Below, in pieces: positions 1 through 13,400 of a DNA stretch of 64,000 nucleotides (positions are counted from its first letter, which is position 1; every line of letters starts with the position of its first letter). Made by a program: the position numbers and the translations under genes. Origin of the DNA: Octopus sinensis (taxonomy: Eukaryota); the NCBI RefSeq assembly GCF_006345805.1, contig NC_043002.1:78740001-78804000 (forward strand). The letters run 5' to 3'. The notes below the pieces were generated by a model. That model was not told the DNA's origin. It ran no database searches and worked only from the letters and a program-made list of their open reading frames with translations.

Positions 1-37
1 TTAATTGGCGCAACTCCGAAACGGCCCGTAGATGATC
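1..37 (+). ncRNA. 3' half of a type I hammerhead ribozyme motif, cut by the window edge
   Basis: CTCC-GAAA(18-21)-C-GGCCC-GTA(28-30)-GATGATC: A-C/G-U stem III closure with a GUA cleavage triplet. The CUGANGA half would lie upstream of the window. Confidence 0.45.
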
Positions 38-282
38 TTTTATGTATTTTTGTAAGTGTGTATATTTATCTTCTATGTATTTTTCTCTGGAATTTTAATT
101 TGTCTTTTTAATATGTCATTGTGTGTTTTATTACCCCAAATTTTTAATTTAACAAATTTATACCAAATGTTTTACGAGTTTAAGCGTAAATTCAAGGTGT
201 TATATATGCAACATTGATTCTCTTATATATTTATATATCTTTATATGATGTTTATATATTTATATATTACTATATATTTCTT

Positions 283-407
283 TGCTGGGCTCTCAGAGCT
301 GGAGCCAGTTATCAAAGCAAAGCATGCAGTTCTGATGCAATACAAGAGTGATTCTTCTACAAAGTCACTTGAAGAACAACACTCAGAAAGGCAAGAAATA
401 AAATCCA
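283..407 (+). mobile_element. RTE-type LINE fragment
   Basis: Clearly homologous to 22045-22160, which lies inside the RTE ORF remnant (GLSELEPVIKAKHAVLMQYKSDSS...). Confidence 0.7.
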
Positions 408-448
408 TATATATGTGTGTGTGTATGTATATATATATATATATATAT

Positions 449-988
449 AGTTAAATGAAGGAAAGAAAATAGAGAGTTGAAAGTTAATAATTATATATTA
501 TCAACAAATTGGTAATCTTTACTTCTTACAGCTGTTTTCATTAATACTCAATAATTTAAGTTACAAATTTGTGCATTAAATTTGCATTAATATCTAGTCT
601 GCTGGCATGAACTGATAAGTCGGCATGTAACATCATAAGGTACATTTTTTTCTCTAATGAAATTATACTCATAGCATATCAATGTAAATTTAATGCACAA
701 AATTGTAATTTGATTATTGAGTATTAATGGAAACAGCTGTAAGAAGTAAAGATTACCAATTTACTCTTTTACTCTTTTACTTGTTTCAGTCATTTGACTA
801 CGGCCATGCTGGAGCACCGCCTTTAGTCGAGCAAATCGACCCCAGGACTTATTCTTTGTAAGCCCAGTACTTATTCTATCGGTTTCTTTTGCCGAACCGC
901 TAAGTGACGGGGACATAAACACACCAGCATCGGTTGTCAAGCAATGCTAGGGGGACAAACACAGACACACAAACACACACAGACACAA

Positions 989-1027
<39 letters not shown>

Positions 1028-1242
1028 CGACAGGCTTCTTTCAGTTTCCGTCTACCAAATCCACTCACAAGGCATTGGTCGGCCCGGGGCTATAGCAGAA
1101 GACACTTGCCCAAGATGCCACGCAGTGGGACTGAACCTGGAACCATGTGGTTGGTAAGCAAGCTACTTACCACACAGCCACATTTGTTTATAATAAATAA
1201 TTATTAACTTTCGATTCTCTATTTTCTTTCCTTCATTTAACT
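449..1242. mobile_element. MITE with ~140-bp terminal inverted repeats, right TIR split by a SINE
   Basis: 506-590 is the reverse complement of ~675-762. 449-505 (AGTTAAATGAAGGAAAGAAAATAGAG...) is the reverse complement of ~1185-1242. Confidence 0.75.
763..1182 (-). mobile_element. tRNA-derived SINE, family A (most abundant family here)
   Basis: The minus strand has a tRNA-like head with A box TGGCTGTGTGG and B box GGTTCAGTCCC, an internal (CA/TA)n and a GAGTAAAA tail. Many copies in the window. Confidence 0.85.
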
Positions 1243-1412
1243 GGATATGAACTATATACTTAATATATTACCAATTGTTTTAAAGGAATTTCATTCCCCA
1301 ATAATACTTGGTATTGAACCAATATTCCCTTGGTTTCCCTTTATGAGGTTAACTTATCCTCTAAGTAAGTAAATAAATAAATATGTGTATATATACACAC
1401 ATATATATATAT

Positions 1413-1522
<110 letters not shown>

Positions 1523-1879
1523 ATGTATATATATATTATATATATATATATATATATTATACATACACACACACACACATACATATGTGTATATGGGTAT
1601 GTAAATATATATGTTGTTGGTCAGTATGTTTCTATCATACTGAGTACAACCTTTAGACCTACCTACATCGTCTTGTGAACATCAAAGCACAAGATAAGAA
1701 ATTTCTTTACGAACAAAACCGTGACATACCCCACTAATAACCCCTACCTTCCACTTACTAAGATTTTAAATACTGGACTATTGATTAGCATAGAACCACA
1801 CAGACACACACACACAGCTTGGTTTCTATCATTTGTTCAACAGACAAAATTTAACTTCTCTTTTTAACAGTTTTCTTTT

Positions 1880-2104
1880 GCATAGCTGTGTGGTTAGAAG
1901 CTTGCTTCTCAACCACATGGTTCTGGGTTCAGTCTTACTGCATGGTACCTTGAGCAAGTGTCTTCTACTATGGCCTCAAGCTGACCAAAGTCTTGTGGGT
2001 GGATTTGATAAATGGAAACTGAAAGAAGCCCATCGTCTCTCTCTCTCTCCTCTCTCTCTCTCTCTATGTATGTATGTATGTATGTATGTGTGTGTGTGTA
2101 TGTA

Positions 2105-2148
<44 letters not shown>

Positions 2149-2330
2149 TCCCCTCACCATCACTTGATAGCTGATGTTGGTGTGTTTATGTCCCCATAAC
2201 TTAGTGGTTCAGCAAAAGAGACCAAAGGAATAAATACTAGGCTTACAAAGAATAAGTCCTGGGGATGATTTCTTTGACTGTTTAGGGCAGTGGTCCAGCA
2301 TGGCTGCAGTCAAATGACTGAAATATGTAG
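1880..2330 (+). mobile_element. SINE family A, diverged copy
   Basis: Colinear with the other family A copies, with expanded internal microsatellites. Confidence 0.75.
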
Positions 2331-2344
2331 AAGAAAAAATAATC

Positions 2345-2560
2345 TTTTCTACTCTAGGCACAAAGTCCAAAATTTTTGGGGAGGGGAGGCAGTCGATTAG
2401 ATCGACCCCAGTACACATCTGGTACTTAATTTATCAACCCCGAAAGGATGAAAGGCAAAGTCAACCTCAGTGGAATTTGAACTCAGAATATAAAGACAGA
2501 CGAAATACCACTAAGCATTTTGCTTGGCATGCTAACGTTTCTGCTAGCTCATCGCCTTTG
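2345..2560 (-). mobile_element. SINE family C
   Basis: Central GCCTTTCATCCTTTCGGGGT..ATAAATTAAGTACCAG block; related copies at 6545-6742 and 44950-45350. Confidence 0.75.
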
Positions 2561-3619
2561 AAGAATAAAATAATAAAAATATTGTGTACTGCTGCTCCTT
2601 TGTGCCAAAAGCATGGAATTCTTATGCTGATTTAAAGGGACAAATGCTATATTTTAAATAAGTTTTTTATGAATGTATATTACATTCTAATTTCAATGAA
2701 GAAGAGGTTTCCTGAGATGCAAGACATAACTTATGACAAGTATGAATTTAAAATCTGCTGAAGTTTACTCAACCAGTTGACCTGACCCTATTTCTGTTTA
2801 AAATTGGCAACTTGTGTTTTCTCTAGCTTAATATTAAGCTTTCAGATTTCACTAGACCATTGTTTTCTTCCTAAGGAATTTTAACAAACAGCAATATAGC
2901 TGATTTTAGACTGGAAGAGTCTAAACATATTTGAAGTTAAAATTCACAAGACCACATGTTATTTTACTTTGTTTAAAATGTATGAGAAGATGAAATCTGC
3001 AGCAACATTATGAAGCATGCTACTTTTGTAATCTTTGTTAACAGATAGCCCACACGAGTTCTAGAAATGGAAGTCATGGGAGATATAGCTCATCCTGTTT
3101 ACAAACAAGTAGTTCAAACAGTGAAATGAATTTTCTGCCATGAGTCTAATGTTTCACTCTAATGTTTCGTTGGTGAGAGATGAAATGTCAACTAGTGTGA
3201 AGGATAAATAAATCTGAATTAAGATGTCCTTATATTTAAACTGCTCTAGTAACAAAGTTAACACTTGTGAACACTTTATGAATATAGAAGATTACCATGT
3301 TTAAGAGAGGAAGATATCGAAATGAATAAAAGCAAAAATCTTAACACACAAAAAGGAAAATATTAGTTTCTAGTATAATCTTTTCTTTTTTGTCTTTTAC
3401 TTGCTTTAATCATTGGATTGCGACCATGCTGGAGCATCACCTTGAGGGGTTTAGTTGAACAAATTGAAACCTAGTACTAATTGTTTTTAAAGTTTGATAC
3501 TTACTTTGTTGGTGTCTTTTGCAAAACTGTTAAGTTGCAGGGATGTAAACAAACCTACACTGGTTGTCAAACAGTGATAGAACACCCCCCCCCCACTCCA
3601 CCCCCATCGCAAGAAGGGG

Positions 3620-3930
3620 CTGCTACACAGTTTCCATCTACCAAATTCACTCACTGTAAACGCAAACACATACACACACACAGAATAGGTTTTTAGACAG
3701 CTTCCCTCTACCAAATTCACACTGATCACACACACACATGCACACACATGCACACACACACACACACACACAGGGGGATTCTACACAGTTTCCATCTACC
3801 AAATTCTCTCACTGTACACACAAACACATACATACAGACAGCTTCCCTCTACCAAATTCACTCATCACACGCACATACACATGCACACACACACACACAC
3901 ACAGAATGGGCTTCTACACAGTTTCCATCG
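3620..3930. repeat. Minisatellite built from a SINE internal segment
   Basis: Repeated CAG(T/C)TTCC(A/C)TCTACCAAATTC units separated by (CA)n tracts; the unit matches family A CAGTTTCCGTCTACCAAATCC. Confidence 0.7.
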
Positions 3931-4349
3931 AAACTTTAAAAAAATTTTTTAAATAATGATAAAATAATTTGGGCATTACTAAGTTGGTATTTGGGATAAA
4001 TTAACATGAAGTTTTGATAGCAGATTTAATGTGGATTACTTCAAAACAGGAAACCCGTACCATAGAATCATTTCACCTTAAATTTTCGATAATTTAATCA
4101 TACTTTTAGTTTTTCCTTCTTTTAATCAATTTATCATTACATGCTGAAATAACTTGATAACTAGTGTTGGCATGTCTATGCCCATGTAACTTAGTGGCTC
4201 AGCAAAAGAGACCAGTAGAATAAGTACCAGGATTAACAAAAAACTGATAAGTACTGGGGTCATTTGATTCAACTAACTTTCTTTAAGGTGGTGCCCTAGC
4301 ATGACTGCAGTCTAATGACTGAAGCAAGTAAAAGATAAAAGATAAATAT

Positions 4350-4742
4350 AGGCCCAGGAGTGGCTGTGTGGTAAGTAGCTTGTTTACCAACCACATCGTT
4401 CCGGGTTCAGTCCCACTGCGTGGCACCTTGGGCAAGTGTCTTCTACTATAGCCTCGGGCCAACCAAAGCCTTGTGAGTGGATTTGGTAGACAGAAACTGA
4501 AAGAAGCCTGTCGTATATATGTATATATATATGTATGTGTGTGTGTTTGTGTGTCTGTGTTTGTCCCCCTAGCATTGCTGGTGTGTTTATGTCCCTGTCA
4601 CTTAGCGGTTCGGCAAAAGAGACTGATAGAATAAGTACTGGGCTTACAAAGAATAAGTCCTGGGGTTGATTTGCTCGATTAAAGGTGGTGCTCCAGCATG
4701 GCTGCAGTCAAATGACTGAAACAAGTAAAAGAGTAAAAGAGT
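4350..4742 (+). mobile_element. SINE family A, full length
   Basis: Runs from GGAGTGGCTGTGTGGTAAGTAGC to GTAAAAGAGTAAAAGAGTA. Confidence 0.85.
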
Positions 4743-5764
4743 ATGTGTTTACTATGTGGGTTTAAGCCGGAGATGTATATGCTGAGCTGAGAGAAAAACA
4801 ACAACAGAAAAAAAAACCCCAAAACCCCACCCCTACCCCCAAGATATGTCCAAAGAAAGAAATCCAGCACTGTTCATTGTTACCATTTATTGATATAAGA
4901 TCTGATAATCAGTTGAAATGAAAGAAAACATTTTTTTTTATTAAATCACTGGGGAAATAAGGAACCACATTACAACTGTAAGTGTACCCCAGGAATGCAA
5001 ATAAAAATGCCTATCTCTCAAAAATCCATTGTCAAGAGATTAAGAGTTGCTGTCTTGAGATCTCCATCTGTTTTTACTGATAGCAATATCTGAGAATTCT
5101 TTACCTCAACAACAATTATCTATGGCACACCCTTTTCTCTGTTGTCATCAACCAGGCAGGTTTGACAAAATTCAGAATATCTGTAGGATGCTAAAATAAA
5201 CTCAAATGCTATGGGACTTTGTAATGTGCTCCTGTGGGACAGAAAAAATATATCTTGTATAATCATGTTTAGTACTTGTTCGTGGTGTGCACGTTTTGAC
5301 TGTAACAGTATCCACCTTTGCTTTTGAGATTGTAAGTAATAAATAAAACAATGTACAACAACGTATAACATAATATACTTGTATGAATACATACAAGCAC
5401 CCATACAAACACACACACACACACTCATAAACTCACTCAGACATACATGCACTCACACCACACACACACTTATTTATCGACTGAAGTTGATTAGTATTCC
5501 ATCCCATTCATCACTTCAAGTTTATTGAAACATTATTCCTTATATATATCATCATCCTCCTCCTCCTCATCATCATCACTTAATGTCTGTTTCCCATGCC
5601 GGCATGGGTTAGACAGTTTCACTGGATCTGTTTAGCCAGAGAGCTGTACCAAGCTCTAGTTATCTGTTTTGGTTTGGTTTCTATGGGCTGGATGCTCTTC
5701 TTAATGCCAACACACACACACCACACACACACACCACACACACCACCACATACCATATATTATA

Positions 5765-5836
<72 letters not shown>

Positions 5837-5870
5837 GTAGCTATATATAGCTATATATATATATATATAT

Positions 5871-6215
5871 ACTCTTTACTCATTTACTTGTTTCAGTCAT
5901 TTGACTGTGGCCATGCTGGAGCACCGCCTTTAGTCGAGCAAATCGACCCCGGAACTTATTCTTTGTAAGCCCAGTACTTATTCTATCGGTCTCTTTTGCC
6001 AAACTGCTAAGTGACGGGGACGTAAACACACCAGCATCGATTGTCAAGCGATGTTGGGGGGACAAACACAGACACACAAACATATACACACGTAACTGTG
6101 TGGTTAAGAAGTTTGCTTCCAACCATGTAGCTTCAGGTTCAGTCTCACTGGATGATATCATGGTTAAGTGTCTTCTGCTATAACCCCAGGCTGACCCAAG
6201 TCTTGTTAGAGGATT
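5871..6215. mobile_element. SINE family A chimera (inverted 3' half joined to a 5' half)
   Basis: 5871-6090 is a minus-strand 3' half; ~6095-6215 is a plus-strand tRNA head. Confidence 0.6.
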
Positions 6216-6434
6216 CAGTATTGTGAAAGTTGTTTTTCTACTGATGGTGTTGTCCAGTTAGTGGGTTCTGTAAATACTTGCCAACATTCTAGATACCAAA
6301 TGTCCAATCTCAGGTGTCTGGCTTCCATTTAGTTCAAACACTGAACAGATGCTGCTACATGTGTTACTCATTATCGCAGCTTAGTTGGTAATTACCTTGC
6401 AATTACCAGATCTCTCTCTCTCTCTCTCTCTCTC

Positions 6435-6474
<40 letters not shown>

Positions 6475-6544
6475 TCTAATATAATAAATGTGAATGTCAG
6501 TGTGTCGCACTTTTTCAACTTTAATAAATCCTTTAATAAAGTAC

Positions 6545-6742
6545 CAGGCCTCAAATTTTGGAAGAAGAGATTAAGTCAATTACATCGACCCCAGTACATA
6601 ACTGGTACTAATTTTAACAACCTCGAAAGGATGAAAAGCAAAGTCGACCTTGGCGGAATTTGAACTCAAAACCTAACAGCAGACAAAATACTGCTAAGCA
6701 TTTCGCTTGGCGTGCTAACAATTCTGCCAACTCACCTCCCTA
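6545..6742 (-). mobile_element. SINE family C
   Basis: Homologous to 2345-2560. Confidence 0.7.
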
Positions 6743-6849
6743 ATATAATATAATAAATGTGAATGTCAATGTGTTACACTTTTTCAACTTTACTCCTAGA
6801 GGCTGTAGCCCAACATACACCATTTTGGAATCAGGCTGACAGCGTGGGT

Positions 6850-7130
6850 AAATTAAAAACATTCTGGGATGAATCTGGACCCACAATCCTGAAATTTTGC
6901 ATTCCCAAGTTTTCATTGCTGTGATTGTTTTCAGTGATTTTTTTTACGTGAGTTTTTGTGACAAATTTTCTTGTACAATAACAATTTTTATAATCTAAAG
7001 GCTAACTCTGTGACTAAATTAAAAACATTCTGGGCCAAATCCTGACCTGCAATCCTGAAATTTTGGATTCCTATATTTTCATTACTGCAACTGTTTTTTA
7101 CGTGATTTTTTTTGCAATGAATATGATCAT
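6850..7130. repeat. Diverged tandem duplication, ~165-bp unit
   Basis: AAAAACATTCTGGG...CAATCCTGAAATTTTG occurs at ~6856 and ~7021. Confidence 0.6.
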
Positions 7131-7278
7131 CATTGGGATATGACTCTGAAGGAAGCAATTGCAACAAACTCTCCAAAACGAGTCAGAGATCTGTTTGCAG
7201 GTCTTTCCATTCAGGGTCAGTTGCTTAAAAGTTAGATACTAGCTTAAAATCCACCTGATGGGGTGCCCTCTAAACTGG

Positions 7279-7314
<36 letters not shown>

Positions 7315-7358
7315 TGTATGTGTATATATATATATATATATACATATATATATGATAT

Positions 7359-7391
<33 letters not shown>

Positions 7392-7496
7392 CATATATAT
7401 GATATACACACACACATATATATGATATACACACACATCGGTGGTGCCCCAGCATGGCCACGGCCTTCGGCCTAGAACATTTTTAAGAATTTAAGG

Positions 7497-7555
<59 letters not shown>

Positions 7556-7564
7556 TATGATATA

Positions 7565-7980
7565 TACTCTTACTCTTTTACTTATTTCAGACATTTGACT
7601 GTGACCATGCTGGAGCACTGCCTTTAGTTGAGCAAATTGACCCCAAGACTTATTCTTTGTAAGCCTAGTACTTATTCTCTCAGTCTCTTTTGCCAAACCG
7701 CTAAGTTACGGGGACGTAAACACACCAGCATTGGTTGTCAAGCGATGGTGGGGGGACAAACACAGACACACAAATGCACACACACACACACACACCACAC
7801 ATATATATATACATATATATGACGGGCTTCTTTCAGTTTCCATCTACCAAATCCACCCACAAGGTTTTGGTCAGCCCAAGGCTATAGTAGAAGACACTTG
7901 CCCAAAGTGCCACACAGTGGGACTGAACCCAGAAACATGTGGTTGGTAAGCAATCTACTTACCACACAGCCACTCCTGCA
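7565..7980 (-). mobile_element. SINE family A, full length
   Basis: Colinear with 763-1182. Confidence 0.85.
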
Positions 7981-8065
7981 TTGAATACATATGTATGTAT
8001 TTGTGTGTGTACAAACATACACACATACATGCATGTATGATGTATGTCTATATGAATGTATGTAC

Positions 8066-8456
8066 ACTGCTTGCGAAGACATGTTGGGGCAAGCGAAATC
8101 GAAATCGAATTGAACCAGCCAGGATCCCTGGTCTGGTGGTACATAAAAAGCACTATCCGACTCGTGGCCGATGCCAGTGCCGCCTCGACTGGCTTCTGTG
8201 CCGGTGGCACATAAAATACACCAATCCGACCGTGGCCGTTGCCAGCCTCGCCTGGCACCTGTGCAGGTGGCACGTAAAAAGCACCCACTACACTCACGGA
8301 GTGGTTGGCGTTAGGAAGGGCATCCAGCTGTAGAAACATTGCCAGTTAAGACTGGAGCCTGGTGCAGCCTTCTGACTTCCCAGATCCCCGGTCGAACCGT
8401 CCAACCCATGCTAGCATGGAGAACGGACGTTAAATGATGATGATGATGATGATGAT
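8066..8456 (+). mobile_element. Family B: 3' UTR segment of an RTE-like LINE (or a SINE sharing it) with a (GAT)n tail
   Basis: Highly similar to 37556-37965; ends CCAACCCATGCTAGCATGGAGAACGGACGTTAAA(TGA)n. Confidence 0.8.
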
Positions 8457-8579
8457 GTATGTATGTATGTATGTATGTGTGTGTGTATGGTTGTATGTAT
8501 GTACCTATGTATGTATGTACCTATGTATGTATGTATATATGTATGCATGTGTGTATATGTATTGGGGTGTTACTTTGTG

Positions 8580-8905
8580 AAAGTGTGTGGCTTTGTAGTT
8601 AGGGTATTTGATTCACAATCGTAAGGTCATGAACTCAATTCCCAGGAGCATGGTGTGTCCTTGAGCAAGACACTTGATTTCTTGTTGCTCCAGTTCAGTC
8701 AGCTGGCAAAAATGAGTTGTACTTGTAATTCAAAGACCAGCCTCCTCACATTCTGTGTGACGCTGAATCTCCCTGAGAACTACATTAAAGGTATGCATGT
8801 CTGTGGAGTACTCAGTCACTTGTACATTAATTTCCATAGCAGGCTTTTCTGTTGAGTGGATCGACTAGAACACTTGTCATCATAATGGATGGAGAACCAG
8901 TCCCA
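8580..8905 (+). mobile_element. tRNA-derived SINE, family E
   Basis: tRNA-like head followed by TGTGTCCTTGAGCAAGACACTT; a diverged tail copy lies at ~54795-54890 (minus). Confidence 0.6.
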
Positions 8906-10914
8906 GTTTAGAATTTTTGTGTTCTTGCCCAGGATTCTATTCCATTTGTAGTAAATATATGGCAACTGAAAAATCATTTTATTTGAATAATTATAGGTCA
9001 CCCCACCCACCATTCAAAACTTAATGCTTGGATGACATTTCAGTAATATCAGATATCTAATATCTATATGTCTGTAATCTGTATATCTGCGTGTATATGT
9101 TTAATTCAGAAAGAAAGAGAATAATATAGAACACTGTGTTTTAACCATTTGTCATAATATATTTCTTGTAGTGAAAGTGGGACACAATATGTTTAATTTT
9201 CCCAATTTCTTCAAAAATTAAAAAAAAATTGTTTTTTATTCACTATTTCTTTTAGTGGACATTTCAAAGAAAATTTTTAGCTAATTGTGAATATATATCA
9301 TCATTATACTTATTGTCAATTAATCATCTTTCCTTGAGTTGTCAGACAAATTTGTTCATCTTTTATTTTCTTCCTACTTGACACTTCATTGCCATAAAAG
9401 GGGTAAAATTGATTCAAATTTCAAAAACTATAAACAAAAGTTGTAGAGAAAGAAGTATGCTACAAAAATAATAATAATAATAAACAAAACAAAAACCCCA
9501 TAAAACACTCAGATAAAAATATTTTGTTTCTACTCAACATTGGAAAGGATTAGAATCAAAAGGAAAAAAAATATTTATCTGACAACCCAATAAAAATTAA
9601 TAATAATTTCTTTAATAATTTTTAACTAAATTGAATCCTTACAACTGTTTTATTCTGCATGAGCATAAGACAACTATTATGGCAGTCTTAGTTATTTTAT
9701 TTGTGTGGCAGTTATTATGACAATTAATTATTAACCTCTTCTCATTTTAGTTATTGATCATTGATTGCAATTCCATCGAAGTTTTATACCGATTTTTGTG
9801 ACAATCTATATTAATTTTTTACTGGTTATATTTTCAATTAAGTGATTTCAAGAAATGGAAACCTATAAGTGTATCTACTTATTAAGGATGATATCAAAGA
9901 ATACAAACTTCTTTCTTAAACGCAACAATCGGAGTATTTCTTTTACCTTCTACATGAAAATTGACAGTATGTATAACATATAAAGGAGTGTGTGAGTGTA
10001 TGCGTGTGTGTGTGTGTGCATGTATGTATGTATGTATTTATTTATGTATGTATTTATATATGTATGTATTTATTTATTTATGTATGTATTTATTTATTTA
10101 TTTATATATGTATTTATTTATACATGTATTTATATATGTATTTATTTATTTATTTATATATGTATTTATTTATTTATTTATAAGTGCAGGAGCGGCTGTG
10201 TGGTAAAAAGCTTGGTATCCAGCCACATGGTTCTAGGTTCAGTCCCACTGCATTGCACCTTGGGCAAGTGTCTTCTACTATAGCCTTGGCATTTTGTTTG
10301 ACATGCAAATAATTCTGCCAGTTTGTTGCCATATTTTTAACAAGAAATTAAACCCAGTTTAATTGAATTTACTTTAAAATGTTTACAAGACAAATAGATA
10401 TAACTACAAGCAAGAAGTACAAAAATTAAGCAACAAATTCCAAATATCAGAATTGTTTTACTTTTAAGTTTATTATTATTTTTAATGAAGATAAAATTCT
10501 ATGATTTATTATTATTGTTGTTGTTATTATTATTAATAATGCTGTCATCACAATTTCCTTGGTGTTTTTCTAAAATGAAGTAAATCTTGAAAGAGATCAA
10601 TCTCATTTTCTCAGTCACTCCCATCTAAGAAATGTGATTCAGAACCTGATATTAGATATTGAAAGTTTAAAGCAAAGTTATTAGATTAATTATTCAATAA
10701 CATTGAATACATTCTGACAATAATGGTGGTGGTTGTGGTGAGGATTATGATAGTCACAGAAAGGATGGTACCAATAATCATATCTAAACACACACACTCA
10801 CACATACATGCATACATACACACACAAATAAACACTCTCTCACTTACACACATACATACACAAATATACACATACACTCACACAATGCATGTGCGTGTAT
10901 TATATATTCTTTTA

Positions 10915-11292
10915 TTCTTTTACTTGTTTCAGTCATTTGACTGCAGCCATGCTGGAGCACCACCTTTAATCGAACAAATCGACCCCAGGACTTATTTGTT
11001 GTAAGCCTAGTACTTATTCTATTGGTCTCTTTTGCCGAACTGCTAAGTTACAGGGGATGTAAACACACCAACATCAGTTGTCAAGCAATGATGGACAGAC
11101 AAACACAGGTACACAAACATACACACACATACAATGTGCTTCTTTCAGTTTCTGTCTACCAAATCCACTCACAAGGCTTTGGTTGGGCTGAGGCTATTTA
11201 ATAGAAGACACTTGTCCAAGGTGACATGCAGTGGGACTGAACCTGGAATCATATGGTTGGTAAGCAAGCTACTTACCACACAGCCACTCCTG
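10915..11292 (-). mobile_element. SINE family A
   Basis: Colinear with the other copies. Confidence 0.8.
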
Positions 11293-11344
11293 TGACTACA
11301 TTTATGCCAAAATTTGAAACAAAATTCTTGGTTAAAAGGATTCC

Positions 11345-11765
11345 TTTCACTTCAACTAGAAATATCTTTGAGAAAGGCATCTTTTATAGATGAGCCAAAA
11401 GAGAAAGGACTGAGATAGATATGAAACTGACTCTTGCCAAACCTTCAAGCTTGGTGCAGGAAAGGGAGGCAGAAACTGTGGCAGAGGGTTGCTGCTAACC
11501 CAAACTTAGATCCATTAAGTACCACTGTTGGAGGTCAAAAAGCTATTAGTATGTCTGACAGCAAAAGTCTACTTCAATTCTTGTTCTCTACCTCATGTAC
11601 AATGGCACTATGCAAAGAATGTTCTGTAAGAAGAAGCCCATTAAAAGATCAAGTTAAGGGAAGAGAGTTGTGTGAAATTCATAGGCAGCAATGCTGTAGT
11701 ATTCTTATGCCAACAGGGCTAAAGGATGATGTCAAGGGCAATAACTTGGCTTTTATTGAAAGTTC
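11345..11765 (-). mobile_element. Decayed CR1/Jockey-type LINE reverse-transcriptase fragment
   Basis: Minus-strand pieces QVIALDI..., AAYEFHTTL and LSPFSF match the ALDIxKAFDxVWH...LSPxLF RT region, with stops and frameshifts. Confidence 0.55.
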
Positions 11766-11889
11766 TTTTTTGTTGATCTGTTTTTTAGTTGGTTTGTTCT
11801 GAAGGAAGGTGTTGTGCCCCTGGTTTTCACATGCACTCTCTTTATATATATTCATAGATATATGTATATATTTGTCTGTCTATACTTAT

Positions 11890-11914
11890 ATCTATCTGTC
11901 TGTCTATCTGACTG

Positions 11915-12004
<90 letters not shown>

Positions 12005-12054
12005 ATCTATCTATCTTTCTATCTATCTATATTTCTATCTATATTTCTATCTAA

Positions 12055-12107
<53 letters not shown>

Positions 12108-12300
12108 CATCTGTCTGTTTTTTTGACTGCCTGTCTATGTAATGATGCACACACACCACACACACACACATTCACTTACTCACCCACTCACACACTCACC
12201 CACTTACACATAGAAACACAGCCACACCTAGATAGATAGATAGACAGATAGACAGACAGATAGACAGACAGACAGACAAGCAGACAGACAGACAGATAGA
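11890..12300. repeat. (TCTG)n/(TCTA)n array and an opposed (GATA)/(GACA)n array
   Basis: Read directly from the sequence. Confidence 0.9.
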
Positions 12301-13369
12301 TTGAAGCAGTCTTCAACTATATATGAACACCAAACAAACACAAAATAAAATATAATGCCTTGCTTTTTGCGTTTCTAATTTGGTTAACTATTTCAAATAG
12401 TGTTAGACTACAATTTGGTTGTGATTGTATCTGAAGATCTTGTAACATTTTTATTTGATAATCTTGCTCTCCTCTCCCCCCCCCTTTCTCACTCTCTTTT
12501 CTTCTCTCTCTTACCTTTTCTTATCTCTTTCCTCACTCCTCTTTTTCTCTCTTTCTCTTCCCTATCACTCTCTCTCTTTGCTCCTTTCTTTCCCTTTTAT
12601 GTGTTTCTCTAAATCCTCTCTCACAGTGATTTGAACTGGTTTTGCTTGTTTCATTCCATAGGAATGGGTTACACATAAGTAGTTTGGATAGATTTACAGT
12701 TTGGGTTTTAGCTGTAATTCATGCTGGCTGTGCTTCTTTTACCCCCTCCTCATATCCTAAAAAAAAAAGCATTCCTTTTTCTTTTCTTATTCATTTTTAT
12801 TCTTGTTTTTGATTTCCACTCTTCCTCATAAAAAAAAACCCAAGCAAAATGTAATAAAAATGAAAAGAAATTTAACAGAATGAAAATAAAAAACAGAAAA
12901 GACAAATTAAAGAATTAAAAAATATGAAATAATGAAAGGCAAGCAAAGTATATAAACATGTATAATAACACAAAGCAAAAAAATGCAACAAAAATTGTAT
13001 GTATGTGATATGTAATTGTACATAAACACATATAGATACATAGATACATACATGTGTGCATATATATACATGCACACATACATACATATGTACATACATA
13101 TGTACATACATACATACATATGTTATATTATATATATATTATATATATATAATATATAATATAATATATATATATATATATATGCATATATATAGTTATA
13201 GATAGGTATGTGTAAGTATATGTATAAATATATATATATGTATGCATGTATGTATATATGTTAATATATAAATATAAACTATATATAAATGTATATATAG
13301 TTATATATATATACATATACGTATATGTAACTAACTATATATATATAGTATAATATAAATGTATGTATG

Positions 13370-13400
<31 letters not shown>

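Noticed and set aside
3046-3140. Possible exon after a good acceptor (IAHTSSRNGS...* or PTRVLEMEVMGDIAHPVYKQ)
   Set aside because: No recognisable homology, no partner exon and no strong donor.
5103-5240. Minus-strand segment with strong acceptor and donor (ILNFVKPAWLMTTEKR, faintly BRCT-like)
   Set aside because: All frames between the strong sites contain stops, and the similarity is too short to support.
11434-11802. 122-aa plus-strand ORF
   Set aside because: Antisense shadow of a decayed LINE RT.
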